From an uncultured delta proteobacterium (GTDB taxonomy: Bacteria; Myxococcota_A; UBA9160; UBA4427), in contig CAWGJT010000009.1 in assembly GCA_963822965.1 (NCBI GenBank), forward strand, positions 192,001-256,000: DNA of 64,000 nucleotides, written 5' to 3'. Made by a program: the position numbers and the translations under genes. This document shows, piece by piece, positions 17,608-27,348 of the stretch. The notes beneath the pieces are model-generated. The model did not search any database. It saw only the letters and a list, made by a program, of their open reading frames with translations, and had not been told where the DNA came from. Within the stretch, counting starts at the first letter, position 1; the number at the start of each line of letters is the position of its first letter.

Positions 17608-19146
17608 TCAGCTCGTCGCGAACCGCTCGCGCAGCACGCTCTTCTCGATCTTGCCGGCGGTGTTTCGGGGTACCTGGTCGACGAGCTCCAGCTGCTCCGG
17701 AAGCTTCTGGCGGGCAAGACGCTGCTCCTTCAGGAACTCGACCATCTCCCCGAAGCCCAGCGGCTCGCCTCGGCAGGCCACCACCGCGCAGCAGCGCTCT
17801 CCCAGCGCGGGGTCGGGAAGGCCGATCACCGCCACGTCGGCGACCTTCGGGTGCATGTAGAGGAGATCCTCGACTTCCCGGGCGCTGATGTTCTCGCCCT
17901 TGCGGATGATCACGTCCTTCAGCCGACCGGTGATGGTGACGTAGCCCTCGGCGTCGAGACGTCCGAGGTCTCCGGTGCGGAAGAAGCGGTCGCCGTCGAA
18001 GGCCTCCGCGTCGAGCGAGGCGTCGAGATAGCCGCGGCAGAGCTGGGGGGCGCGCACGCGCAGCTCGCCCTCCTCGCCCGGTCCGGCCAGCGTCCCGTCG
18101 CCTCGCACGACGCGGATCTCCGTCTCGCTCGGGTTGGCCCGCCCCTCGGTCTGGGCCAGCTTCTCGTCCGGATCTCCCACGCGGTTCATGGCGAGCACCG
18201 GGCACTCGGTGAGCCCGTAGCCCGAGACGATGCCCGCGCCGCCGAGCTCCCGCTTCAGGTCGTAGTGGAGCTGGGGCGGCTTCGGGGCGCCGCCGCCCGG
18301 AAAGGCCCGGATGCGCGGGAAGAGCGGCTCGTCGGGCGCGGCGCGCTGAGCGGCCAGATAGGCCTGGTGGAACGCCGTGCCGGCACCCGCCTGGGTCACC
18401 CCGTGGCGCGCCAGCATCGGGATCGCCTTCTCGGGATCGAAGACCGCCACCGCGATGTGGGCGAAGCCTTCGAGCAGGCCCGCGATCAGCCAGCCGACCC
18501 CGCCCACGTGCGTGATCGGGAAGACCATCCCGTGTCGGTCGTCGGGCCCGAGGTCCAGGACGTCCGCCATTCCCCGGAAGGCCGCGATCAGACCCGCGTC
18601 GGTGTGCTGGGCGCCCTTGGGGTCCGAGGTGGTGCCGGAGGTGTAGAGGATCCAGCGGACCGGGGCCGCGTCCACACCGGCGGGCTCCGGCGCCGGGGGG
18701 AGACCCACCGGTTCGGCCGCGGGCAGTGCGCCGTCCACCACGAGTACCTCGAGCCCTTCGCGCTCGTCGGCCAGCGAGCGAGCCATCCCCGCGTAGTCGA
18801 AGCCCCGGAAGACCGGAGGCACGCAGACCAGGCGCGCCCCGGTCTGGTCGAGGATGAACCCGGTCTCGCGCTCTCGATAGATCGGTAGGATCGGGTTCTG
18901 CACGGCGCCCAGGCGCGCCAGCGCCGCGCACAGCAGCATCGCCTCCAGCGTGCTCGGCAGCATCCAGGAGACGGGCGTCCCGGGCCCGACGCCACGCGCG
19001 TGGAGCGCGGCGGCCACGCGCAGCGCCGCATCGCGGTAGCCGGCGAAGTCGAGACGGCGGTCGCGCTCGTCGACCACGCAGAGCGCGTCGGGCGTCGCCT
19101 CCGCCCGCTCCTCGACGAGCTGCCAGAACGTGCGATCCCGGCTCAT
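17608..19146 (-). CDS. AMP-dependent acyl-CoA synthetase
   Basis: YTSGTTSDPKG, GYGLTE, FRTGDLG, GRLKDVIIRKGENI, TAGKIEK. Confidence 0.95.
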   Translation of the reverse strand: MSRDRTFWQLVEERAEATPDALCVVDERDRRLDFAGYRDAALRVAAALHARGVGPGTPVSWMLPSTLEAMLLCAALARLGAVQNPILPIYRERETGFILDQTGARLVCVPPVFRGFDYAGMARSLADEREGLEVLVVDGALPAAEPVGLPPAPEPAGVDAAPVRWILYTSGTTSDPKGAQHTDAGLIAAFRGMADVLDLGPDDRHGMVFPITHVGGVGWLIAGLLEGFAHIAVAVFDPEKAIPMLARHGVTQAGAGTAFHQAYLAAQRAAPDEPLFPRIRAFPGGGAPKPPQLHYDLKRELGGAGIVSGYGLTECPVLAMNRVGDPDEKLAQTEGRANPSETEIRVVRGDGTLAGPGEEGELRVRAPQLCRGYLDASLDAEAFDGDRFFRTGDLGRLDAEGYVTITGRLKDVIIRKGENISAREVEDLLYMHPKVADVAVIGLPDPALGERCCAVVACRGEPLGFGEMVEFLKEQRLARQKLPEQLELVDQVPRNTAGKIEKSVLRERFATS

Positions 19147-19334
19147 GCGGTCGCGCGAGGCACCGCGGCAAGGGTGCGCGGCACCCGGGCACCGGGGCTT
19201 CCGTCGGGATCGTCGAGAGCGCCCTGCATGGGCTCGGAACGTAGCACCAGCACCTCCGCCCCGTAGCCCGATCTCGGAGGGCCGCCCTTCGAAACGCTTC
19301 GCCACGCTCCGCACTCGGAGTCGCTGCGTCCCCC

Positions 19335-20222
19335 TCAGCTGTAGGCGTCGGCCAGGCCGTGCAGCTCGAGCTTGCCGAGCGCCTCGCACAGCGCGTCGGG
19401 CGTCCAGGGGTCGGCGCGCTCGACGTCTTGCGTGATCGTCAGCGGCTGGAACAGCCCGATCCGGTTGTGCTCGACGAGAAAGATCTGCCCGTTGATGTGC
19501 GCCGCCCCGGGCAGGCACAGGCTCGCGATCACGACGGCCACCTGCTCGGGGCTCTGCATCTGCGCGCGCAGGCTCTCGGCTCGCTTGCGGCCCCCCTCGC
19601 CCATCGCCCCGAGGCGGTCGAGCGCCGCGGTCACCATCGGGGTCCCGGTCGAAGAGGGGTTGACTCCATTGACGGTGATCCCGCTGCCGTCGACGTCGCG
19701 CGAGAGCCCGTTGGTCAGCCCGAACACGCCGCCCTTACCCACCGCATAGGGGAGCGTGCCGGGCATGCCGGTGATGCCGGCGCGCGACACGAGGTTGACG
19801 ATCCGTCCCCAGCCCTGCTCGCGCATCGGCACCAGCGCATGGCGCGCGCAGTAGAACGAGCCCTGCACGTGCGTCGAGACCACACGGTCGAAGGTCGCTG
19901 CGTCGATCTCCCAGGCCGAGCCCGAGAACCCGATGCCCGCGTTGTTGACGAGGACGTCGAGGCTGCCGAACTCGCGCTGGCCGAGCTCGACCATGCGGGC
20001 AGCGCCGTCCCAGTCGGTCACGGAATCGGTGTTCGCGGCCGCGCGGCCACCGGCCGCGCGGATCTCGTCGACCACCCGCTCGGCGGTCGCTGCGCCCTCG
20101 GCGTCGCGACCGATGTCGTTGACCACGACCGCCGCGCCGAGCCGCGCGAGCGCGAGGGCGGTCGCGCGGCCGATCCCCCCGCCCGCGCCCGTCACGATCG
20201 CCGTCCTGCCCGCGAGATCCAT
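19335..20222 (-). CDS. Short-chain dehydrogenase/reductase
   Basis: TGAGGGIG, VNNAG, YAVGK. Confidence 0.9.
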   Translation of the reverse strand: MDLAGRTAIVTGAGGGIGRATALALARLGAAVVVNDIGRDAEGAATAERVVDEIRAAGGRAAANTDSVTDWDGAARMVELGQREFGSLDVLVNNAGIGFSGSAWEIDAATFDRVVSTHVQGSFYCARHALVPMREQGWGRIVNLVSRAGITGMPGTLPYAVGKGGVFGLTNGLSRDVDGSGITVNGVNPSSTGTPMVTAALDRLGAMGEGGRKRAESLRAQMQSPEQVAVVIASLCLPGAAHINGQIFLVEHNRIGLFQPLTITQDVERADPWTPDALCEALGKLELHGLADAYS

Positions 20223-20288
20223 GCTCCTCCGCAAGACTCTCCTGGAATTCCGACGCGCTCTCCGGCGCCGTGGGAACCCGCGCCGGGC

Positions 20289-21758
20289 CTATGCCGGGAG
20301 ACCGATGCTCTTCGTTTCCAGGTACTCGGCGAAGCCCTCGATCCCCATCTCGCGCCCGATGCCGCTCTGCTTGTAGCCCCCGAACGGCGCGTCGGGCCCG
20401 AACCAGCCGCCGCCGTTGACCGACAGCGTGCCCGTGCGGATGCGACGCGCCAGCGCGAGCGCCCGCTCTTCCGAGCCCGACATGATGCCCCCCGAAAGGC
20501 CGTAGATCGAGTCGTTGGCGATGCGCACGGCGTCGTCGTCGTCGTCGAAGGGGATCACCGCCAGCACGGGGCCGAAGATCTCCTCCCGGGCGATCGTCAT
20601 CGAGTTGTCCACGTCGGCGAAGAGGGTGGGCTCCACGTAGTAGCCCTTCGGCAGGTGCGCCGGCCGCTTGCCGCCGGTCACCAGGCGCGCGCCCTCGGAG
20701 ATGCCCTTCTCGATGTAGCCCAGCACCCGCTCTCGTTGGCGGGCGTTGATCTGCGGGCCCTGGGTGTTCTGGATGTCCATCGGGTCGCCGTACTTCACGC
20801 CCTCGAAGGAGGCCTTCACCCGTTCCAGGCCCTCGTCGTAGCGCGAGCGCGGCAGCAGGAGGCGCGTCGAGATCGCGCAGCCCTGACCGCCGTGGATGCA
20901 CACCATCCCGGCGCTCGCGAGCGCCGAGTCGAAATCGGCGTCGTCGAGGATGATGTTGGCCGACTTGCCGCCGAGCTCGAGGAAGACCTTCTTCACGGTC
21001 TCCGAGGCGGCCGCCATGATGCGCCGCCCCACGGCCGTCGAGCCGGTGAAGGTGACGAGGTCGACGCGCGGGTCCCCGGTCAGCACCTCGCCCACCGCCG
21101 CCGGGTCCGCCGAGGAGATCACGTTGAAGATGCCGGGCGGGATGTCCGTGTACTCGGCCACGACCTTCGCGATGAAGGCCGCGTTCCAGGGCGTGTCCGG
21201 CGCAGGCTTCAGCACGACGGAGTTGCCGGCCGCCAGAGCCGGGCCCACCTTCGCCAGGTTCACCTGGAGCGGGAAGTTCCAGGGCGTGACCGCGGCGACG
21301 ACGCCCACCGGCTCCTTCCAGACCACGCGGCGGCTCTTCATGCCGAAGAACTCGTGCACGGGGAGATCGCGCTCCCACTCGAAGCGATCGATGAGGTCCG
21401 TCACCCAGCTCAGGTCCCTGATCACCGAGTCGCCCTGCACGGCGTAGGTCAGCATGAGCGGTGACCCCACCTCGGCCACCGTGTGCTGGCGCAGGCTCTC
21501 CTTCTCCTTCTCGAGCCCTTCCTGCAGCTGCACCAGGCAGCGCTTGCGCAGGGCGCGATCGGTCGCCCAGCCGGTCTCGTCGAAGGCGCGACGGGCGGCG
21601 GCGATGGCCGCGTCCATGTCGGCGGCCGCCGCGTCTGCAACCTGCCCGATCACCTCCTCGGTGGCAGGATTGACATTGTCGTAGACGGCGCCCGAGCGCG
21701 CGTCGCGGAACTCGCCGTCGATGAACAGGCGCCCCTCGGGCTGGCTGAAGTCGGCCAC
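20289..21758 (-). CDS. Aldehyde dehydrogenase
   Basis: TPWNFP, FTGSTAVG, LELGGKS, HGGQGCA, EEIFGP, PFGGYKQSG. Confidence 0.95.
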   Translation of the reverse strand: MADFSQPEGRLFIDGEFRDARSGAVYDNVNPATEEVIGQVADAAAADMDAAIAAARRAFDETGWATDRALRKRCLVQLQEGLEKEKESLRQHTVAEVGSPLMLTYAVQGDSVIRDLSWVTDLIDRFEWERDLPVHEFFGMKSRRVVWKEPVGVVAAVTPWNFPLQVNLAKVGPALAAGNSVVLKPAPDTPWNAAFIAKVVAEYTDIPPGIFNVISSADPAAVGEVLTGDPRVDLVTFTGSTAVGRRIMAAASETVKKVFLELGGKSANIILDDADFDSALASAGMVCIHGGQGCAISTRLLLPRSRYDEGLERVKASFEGVKYGDPMDIQNTQGPQINARQRERVLGYIEKGISEGARLVTGGKRPAHLPKGYYVEPTLFADVDNSMTIAREEIFGPVLAVIPFDDDDDAVRIANDSIYGLSGGIMSGSEERALALARRIRTGTLSVNGGGWFGPDAPFGGYKQSGIGREMGIEGFAEYLETKSIGLPA

Positions 21759-21784
21759 GGATGCTTCCTCTGTGTGGGATCCAG

Positions 21785-21948
21785 CCTCATGGTATGTGGA
21801 TTCTACGCGCCCCGCCGCCGGCCGGAGCTACGAGCTCCTCGGCGAATACCGCGACCAGCTGGCGCGCGCGCCGGCAGGCTGGCGCATCGCGCGCCGGCAG
21901 ATGAGGATCGTTCACGAGATCGGCGGACGAGACGTCCTCGGGCGGTAG
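21785..21948 (+). pseudogene. C-terminal remnant of a SnoaL/NTF2-like protein
   Basis: YELLGEYRDQLARAPAGWRIARRQMRIV is a typical SnoaL_4 C-terminus. There is no room for the N-terminal half before the divergent ALDH start. Confidence 0.6.
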
Positions 21949-22139
21949 CCCGCGAGCGCCGATCGCGATTGCGCTCCGACGCGCCGCTGCGACGGAAGGC
22001 TCCGCCGCGGACGCTCAGGGTGCGCCGTCGAGGTCCCGCCGACGGGCGGCGTGCGCGGAGTTTTCGAGCTACCCCATCGCCACCCGCGGCAACCCGGAGG
22101 GCGGGTGCCGGCCCGCGGGCCCCGAGGGGGGCGTCGGCG

Positions 22140-22919
22140 TTGCGCGTTCAGCAGCTCTTCGATCTCGACGGCCGCACCGCGCTCGTGACCGGCGGCGGTC
22201 GCGGCCTCGGCCGCTTCATCGCACTCGGGCTGGCGGAGGCCGGTGCGGACGTCGCGGTCGCCTCGCGGAAGCGCGAGAACGTCGAGGCCGTGGCCCGCGA
22301 GATCGAGCAGCTCGGGCGCCGCGCCTGGGCCCTGGAGGCGGACCTCTCCGACGAGGCGTCGATCGACGCGCTGGCCGACCGGGTGTTCGCGGAGACCGGC
22401 CGCCTCCACATCCTGATCAACAACGCCGCCGTGGCCTGGGCGGCGCCCACGCTCGACTATCCCCTATCGGGCTGGGACAAGACCTTCGCGGTGAACGTGC
22501 GAGGGCTGTGGCAGCTCTCCCAGCGCGTGGCGCGCCACATGGCAGAGAGAGGCGGCGGCTCCATCATCCACGTGACCTCCGACGACGCCTACCAGGGCGA
22601 CAAGGAGGAGCACCAGAGCATCATCGCCTACCACGCGAGCAAGGGAGCGGTCCGCAGCCTCGTGAAGGACATGGCGGTGAAGCTCGCCCCACATGGCATC
22701 CGCGTGAATGCCATCTCGCCGGGCGCCTTCCAGACCGACATGATGCGGGCGGTCGACGCGGATCCGGCCCGCCGAGCCCACATTCTCGACCGCATCCCGC
22801 AACGCCGGATCGGCGGCGAAGACGACGTGAAGGGGGTTGCCGTGTTCCTCGCCAGCGACGCCGCCGCCTTCGTGACGGGCACGACGGTGGTGGTCGACGG
22901 AGGCATGCTCGCGCTCTAG
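22140..22919 (+). CDS. Short-chain dehydrogenase/reductase
   Basis: LFDLDGRTALVTGGGRGLG, INNAA, YHASK, VVDGG. TTG start is tentative. Confidence 0.9.
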   Translation: MRVQQLFDLDGRTALVTGGGRGLGRFIALGLAEAGADVAVASRKRENVEAVAREIEQLGRRAWALEADLSDEASIDALADRVFAETGRLHILINNAAVAWAAPTLDYPLSGWDKTFAVNVRGLWQLSQRVARHMAERGGGSIIHVTSDDAYQGDKEEHQSIIAYHASKGAVRSLVKDMAVKLAPHGIRVNAISPGAFQTDMMRAVDADPARRAHILDRIPQRRIGGEDDVKGVAVFLASDAAAFVTGTTVVVDGGMLAL

Positions 22920-22972
22920 GTGCTCGCGCTCACGGGCGAGACCTCCTTCGAGCGGGCGGGAGGGGCTCTCGG

Positions 22973-23514
22973 CTACACCCGCGCCGGCAGGCTCTTCCAG
23001 CCCCGCACCGTGGATGTATGGGCCATCACGGCCTGGTCGTGATCGATCTCCCAGTCGGACCAGCGGGACAGCACCTCTTCGAGCGCGACACAGGCTTCGA
23101 GACGAGCGAGGCTGGCTCCGAGGCAGAAGTGGACGCCATAGCCGAAGCTCAGGTGGCGGACCTTCTGGCGCTGCACGTCAGGCGGTCCGGGTCCGAGAAC
23201 TGCCTCTCGTCTCGATTGGCCCCGCCACTCGATGTACTCCGGGAAGCGGCCGCCCGTGAGGAAGTCGGGCGACCCCTCGACGAGTAGGAGTCGGCCAGGC
23301 CACCGGTCTCTCCTTCTTCGAGGCTCCTCCCGGCATCGATGCGATCGCGCAGCTCCTCCTGATCCTCCTCGGGAATCCCGAGCAGCATCCCGATCACGCG
23401 CATCGGCATCTGCGAGCCGAGGTCTGCGATGAAGTCGAGGCCCCCGCGGATCAGCTCGAGCACCGAGCCTCGGGCGGAGCTGTAGGTCTACGGGTCGTAG
23501 TCGATCTCGGTCAT
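22973..23514 (-). pseudogene. Cytochrome P450 remnant (internal deletions, premature stop)
   Basis: MTEIDYDP* start; DFIADLGSQMPMRVIGMLLGIP; ANRDERQFSDPD; heme motif FGYGVHFCLGASLARLE. Only ~540 bp. Confidence 0.85.
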
Positions 23515-23731
23515 GCTCCCACTCCTCTTCTGGCATGTGCCGGCCGGTACCGCCGTCGAAGCGAAGCCTTGTGCGCCCGTCGTCGACGCGTAGAATCAGC
23601 CGAAGACCCAACGGCCAGAACTCGGATGGCCCGACCATCCTGGCAGAGCATCGCCGCTGTTTCCCGGATCGAGCATCTCTCGATCGGCGAGGCGTGCTGC
23701 ACGGAATCGATCCACGGAGAAGGTCGAACTG

Positions 23732-24505
23732 ATGGCAATCGACTTTTCGGACATCCACCGCGAGCACCACGTCAAGATCGAGATCACGGACGGAATCGCG
23801 CTCGTGACGATGGACCGTCCCGAGCGCAAGAACGCGATCAACGCGGCGATGCATCGCGGGCTGGAGATCGTCTTCCACGAGCTCTCCCATCACCCGGACG
23901 CGCGGGTGATCGTGCTCACCGGCGCAGGCGACGTGTTCTGCGCCGGCGGAGACACGAAGGATTACGGAGGAATCCCGAGCACCCTCGCGACGCTGCGCAA
24001 TCGCGATCTCCCGTGGTCGATCGCTCGTTGCGAAGCGCCGATCCTGGCGGCGGTGAACGGCGCCGCCCGCGGTCTGGGCGCATCGATCGCGCTCCTGTGC
24101 GACATCGTCTACATGGCCGACACCGCGAGCATCGGCGACGTGCACACCCAGTGGGGCCTGCCGGCGGGTGACGGCGGCCAGGTGATCTGGCCTCTTCTGG
24201 TCGGCCCGAACATCGCGAAGGAATATCTGATGCGCGGGATCGCGATCGACGCGCGCGAGGCGGAGCGGATCGGTCTCGTCAATCGGGTGTTCGCCGAATC
24301 CGAGCTGATCGAGCAGACCCTGGTCTGTGCACGCGAGATCGCATCGCGACCGCTCGCGGGAGTTCGTTGGACGAAGCTCGCGGTCAACAAGATGCTCGTG
24401 AACCAGCTCAACCTGAGTCTGGACTTCGGCCTTGCGGCCGAGCTCCTGGCTGCGCATGGCGCCAAGACACTCACGGACATCAAGCGACGCTCAGAGGACT
24501 CCTGA
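23732..24505 (+). CDS. Enoyl-CoA hydratase/isomerase family protein
   Basis: DRPERKNAIN, FCAGGD, AAVNGAARGLG, AERIGLVN. Confidence 0.9.
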   Translation: MAIDFSDIHREHHVKIEITDGIALVTMDRPERKNAINAAMHRGLEIVFHELSHHPDARVIVLTGAGDVFCAGGDTKDYGGIPSTLATLRNRDLPWSIARCEAPILAAVNGAARGLGASIALLCDIVYMADTASIGDVHTQWGLPAGDGGQVIWPLLVGPNIAKEYLMRGIAIDAREAERIGLVNRVFAESELIEQTLVCAREIASRPLAGVRWTKLAVNKMLVNQLNLSLDFGLAAELLAAHGAKTLTDIKRRSEDS

Positions 24506-24515
24506 AAGGCCGCCA

Positions 24516-25319
24516 CTAGTCGGTTCCGCCATAGGGAGCCCATTTCGGCGCGCGCTTCTCCAGGAACGCCTTCGATCCTTCCATGGGATCCGGGTGCCCC
24601 AGGTGCCGCTCGACCTGTCCGTGTGCCGCGTCGAGGCCCTCGTTCAGGCCGCGGTCCAGACTCTCCCAGATCGCGCGCTTCGTGCGCGCCAACGCCGTGG
24701 GGGAGTACTGGGCCATGACGGCGGCGACCTCTCGCGCTGCGGTCATCAGCTTGGCCGCCGGAACGACCTCGCCGACCAGGCCGAGCTCGAGCGCCTGGTG
24801 GGCGCTCAACCGCCCGTGCTTTCCGAGTAGCGCGAGCCGGAAGACGCGCTCGAGCGGAATCCTCCGCGCGAGTCCCGCTGGCTCCAGGGCCGAAGCGAGG
24901 CCCACCGCGACGTGCGTGTCGAGAAACGTCGCATGCTCGGAGGCGATCACCAGCTCCGTGTCGGCAATGAAGTGCAGCCCTCCGGCGTTGCAGATGCCGT
25001 TGACGGCCGTGATGACGGGCTTCCAGCATCGGTTCTGAAGCGCCGTGATGTGGCCGTACGGCGCCGACCGGCGATCTCCGGTCACGAGCTTCTGGCTCTC
25101 TCCCGTCGCGGTCGAAGTCACGTCCCAGCCGGTACAGAAGGCCTTCTCGCCGGCGCCCGTGAGAATCGCGCAGGAGACGTCTGGATTCGCCTCCACGTCG
25201 GCCCAGATCCTCTTGAGCTCCAGGCACATCCCGTGGTCGAAGGCGTTGAGCACTGCAGGATTGTCGAGCGTGATCGTGGCAACGCGCTCCGCCGTCTCGT
25301 AGTGCACTGTGCCGGGCAT
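24516..25319 (-). CDS. Enoyl-CoA hydratase/isomerase family protein
   Basis: AFCTGWD, KPVITAVNGICNAGG, EGSKAFLEKRAPKW. Confidence 0.9.
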   Translation of the reverse strand: MPGTVHYETAERVATITLDNPAVLNAFDHGMCLELKRIWADVEANPDVSCAILTGAGEKAFCTGWDVTSTATGESQKLVTGDRRSAPYGHITALQNRCWKPVITAVNGICNAGGLHFIADTELVIASEHATFLDTHVAVGLASALEPAGLARRIPLERVFRLALLGKHGRLSAHQALELGLVGEVVPAAKLMTAAREVAAVMAQYSPTALARTKRAIWESLDRGLNEGLDAAHGQVERHLGHPDPMEGSKAFLEKRAPKWAPYGGTD

Positions 25320-25494
25320 GGCTCCTCCCTGGGTGATCCTGGCGTGGTCTGCCAGCTGGCTCGGGGCCCTGAGGATAGGAGATGGCGGACGGCTGGCCCC
25401 AATGCGTCATACAGGGCGCTTCCCGCCCGCCGCAGGCCCCGCCACTCCTCGCGGATCGTGCGAGATCGCCGGAATCAGCCCGGGCGAAACGCGC

Positions 25495-25803
25495 TCACAG
25501 ACGCCCGGTCCGGAGCGTCTCGGGCACCCAGCGCGGCGAGCGCTTCTCCGCGAAGACGCGCATGCCCTCCCGGGTCTCTTCGCCGCGCAGCGAATCGAAC
25601 CCGTGAAGAGCAGATCGCGTGCCATCGCGATTCCGACCTGGGGCGGCAGATAGGGCACATAACCCATGTCGGAGATCCCGCGAAGCACCTCGGGGGCGCG
25701 GAACGTCGCGCGTTCGCTCGCCACCGCCACGTCCGAGAGCATCGCGATCAGCAGGCCGCCGCCCTGGCAGATGCCGTTCACGGCCGCGACGACCGGAGCC
25801 CAG
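25495..25803 (-). pseudogene. Truncated enoyl-CoA hydratase (N-terminus lost, internal deletion)
   Basis: PVVAAVNGICQGGGLLIAMLSDVAVASERATFRAPE...DLLFTG, then in another frame the C-terminus REGMRVFAEKRSPRW...*. Confidence 0.8.
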
Positions 25804-25810
25804 CTCTGGC

Positions 25811-25960
25811 GGCCCGTCGTGAACGGGAAGCCCGTGCTCACGTTGGTGTCCGACGTGCCCATGCCGGTCACGCTCCCCGCCGTGCCGATGAGGTCCGTCG
25901 TCGTGAAGGTCGCGCCCGTCGTGATGTCACCGCCCTGCGGTATTTCCGAGGCGGTGTTCG
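25811..25960 (-). pseudogene. Internal fragment of an additional IPTL-CTERM-like surface protein paralog
   Basis: NTASEIPQGGDITTGATFTTTDLIGTAGSVTGMGTSDTNVSTGFPFTTG aligns with NTASDVLLAAEITTGATFTANGLIGAPGNITGMGTPDVNLNTGFPWTTG of copy 3. Confidence 0.85.
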
Positions 25961-25982
25961 AAGGAGCCTCCCGTTCGGACCC

Positions 25983-27296
25983 GGGATTGTGCCCGGGAGC
26001 CCCCACAGCCGGTCTCGCCTGGGCCTGGGCGCCCGCATAGACTGAGCCCATGCCTTCCCATCTCCGATCCCTCCTCGCCACCCGGAGCGCGGGTCTCCTG
26101 CTGGCCCTGGCCCTCGCCACCCTCGCCCTCGGCGCCACGGCGGGCTGCTCGAAGACCCCGGAGCGATCCGACGCCCTCGCCCGTCAGGGCGCACCCCCCA
26201 CGGGAGACGTGGCCCACGCCGTGCTCGAGGCCGTGCGCATTCCCGACTCCCTCGAGCGCGTGGCCGCCCTCGCCAGCCTGCTCAGCACCCTCGGCCCCGA
26301 GGCCGTTCCCCAGGTCCGCGACGCCTTCGACTACGCCTACCCGATCCTCGGCGACGCCGAGTGGATGCTGCTCGCCGACTGGTGGACCCGATTCGACGAC
26401 CGCGCCGCCTGGAGCTGGGTCCAGCAGCGACGCGAGTACAAGAGCGCCGGCGTGCTGCGATACATCGTCCACGGCATGGCCCGGCGCGACCCCCACCGCG
26501 CCCTCGCCACCCTGCTCACCATCCGGCTCCCCGAGGAGCGCGACGCCGCCTTCGCCGAGATCGTCAAGGGCTGGTACGAGGCCGGCGGCGACGGACTGCT
26601 CGACCATCTGATCGGCATGCAGCCGGGCAGCGAACGGCAGCGCGCCATCGCCCTGCTCGTCGGCCTCAAGCTCCGCCGCGAAGGCATCGAGGCCACCCGC
26701 GACTGGGCCGAGAGCCTCGACGACGACCTCGCCCAACGCTTCAAGCTCCAGGTCTACCGGCGCGTGGCCAGCGAGCTCGCCTTCGTCGACCCGGCGGCGG
26801 CCCGAGACTGGGCCGAGGCGCACGTCGACGGACCCAACGGATCCGGCCTCTACCGCCGCGTCGCCGTCAGTCTCGCCGAGAGCGATCCCCGGGCCACCCT
26901 CGAATGGCTGCGCGGCCTGCCCGACGGGCCCGAGCGAGACGACGCGGTCAGCGAGGCCTACCGGCGCTGGCTCACGAACGACCGCGACGCCGCCATCGCC
27001 TGGATGAACGGCGCCGAGACCGAGCCCTGGCGCCAGCCGGCCCTCGAGCTGCGCGCCCTGGCCGAGACCCGCGACGATCCGAAGAAGGCACTCGAGCTCA
27101 CCCGTCTGCTCGAATCGCCCGAGCGCCGGCTCTATGCCCAGGTGAAGATCGGCATCGCCTGGCTCACCATGGACCCCACCGCGGCGCGCGCGTGGCTCGA
27201 AGGAGACACGGTCGCCCCCGACGTCAAGCAGAAGATCCTCGACCGACTCGCCAACAGCGCACGACGAGCCCGCAAGGCCGGCTGACACGCGCGGGA
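25983..27296. repeat. ~1.31 kb near-identical direct repeat, copy b (partner 8399-9709)
   Basis: Direct nucleotide comparison with 8399-9709. Confidence 0.95.
26050..27285 (+). CDS. Lipoprotein with D-P-x-A-A-x-x-W helical repeats, copy 2
   Basis: Identical to 8466-9698 except P>L and one extra Thr in the signal peptide. Confidence 0.85.
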   Translation: MPSHLRSLLATRSAGLLLALALATLALGATAGCSKTPERSDALARQGAPPTGDVAHAVLEAVRIPDSLERVAALASLLSTLGPEAVPQVRDAFDYAYPILGDAEWMLLADWWTRFDDRAAWSWVQQRREYKSAGVLRYIVHGMARRDPHRALATLLTIRLPEERDAAFAEIVKGWYEAGGDGLLDHLIGMQPGSERQRAIALLVGLKLRREGIEATRDWAESLDDDLAQRFKLQVYRRVASELAFVDPAAARDWAEAHVDGPNGSGLYRRVAVSLAESDPRATLEWLRGLPDGPERDDAVSEAYRRWLTNDRDAAIAWMNGAETEPWRQPALELRALAETRDDPKKALELTRLLESPERRLYAQVKIGIAWLTMDPTAARAWLEGDTVAPDVKQKILDRLANSARRARKAG

Positions 27297-27348
27297 AGCC
27301 GCCGCCGGACACGAGGACGGAGCCGCCGGTCGAGACACGCCGCCGCGC

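Noticed and set aside
4461..25960. Diversity-generating retroelement (fragment at 25.8-26.0 kb as template for the surface proteins)
   Set aside because: No reverse transcriptase in the window. Differences are not adenine-specific and include many synonymous third-position changes.
25407..26138. 243-aa ORF as a real fusion protein
   Set aside because: It is stitched from the antisense of the lipoprotein 5' end, a surface-protein fragment and a crotonase fragment. Treated as a scar.
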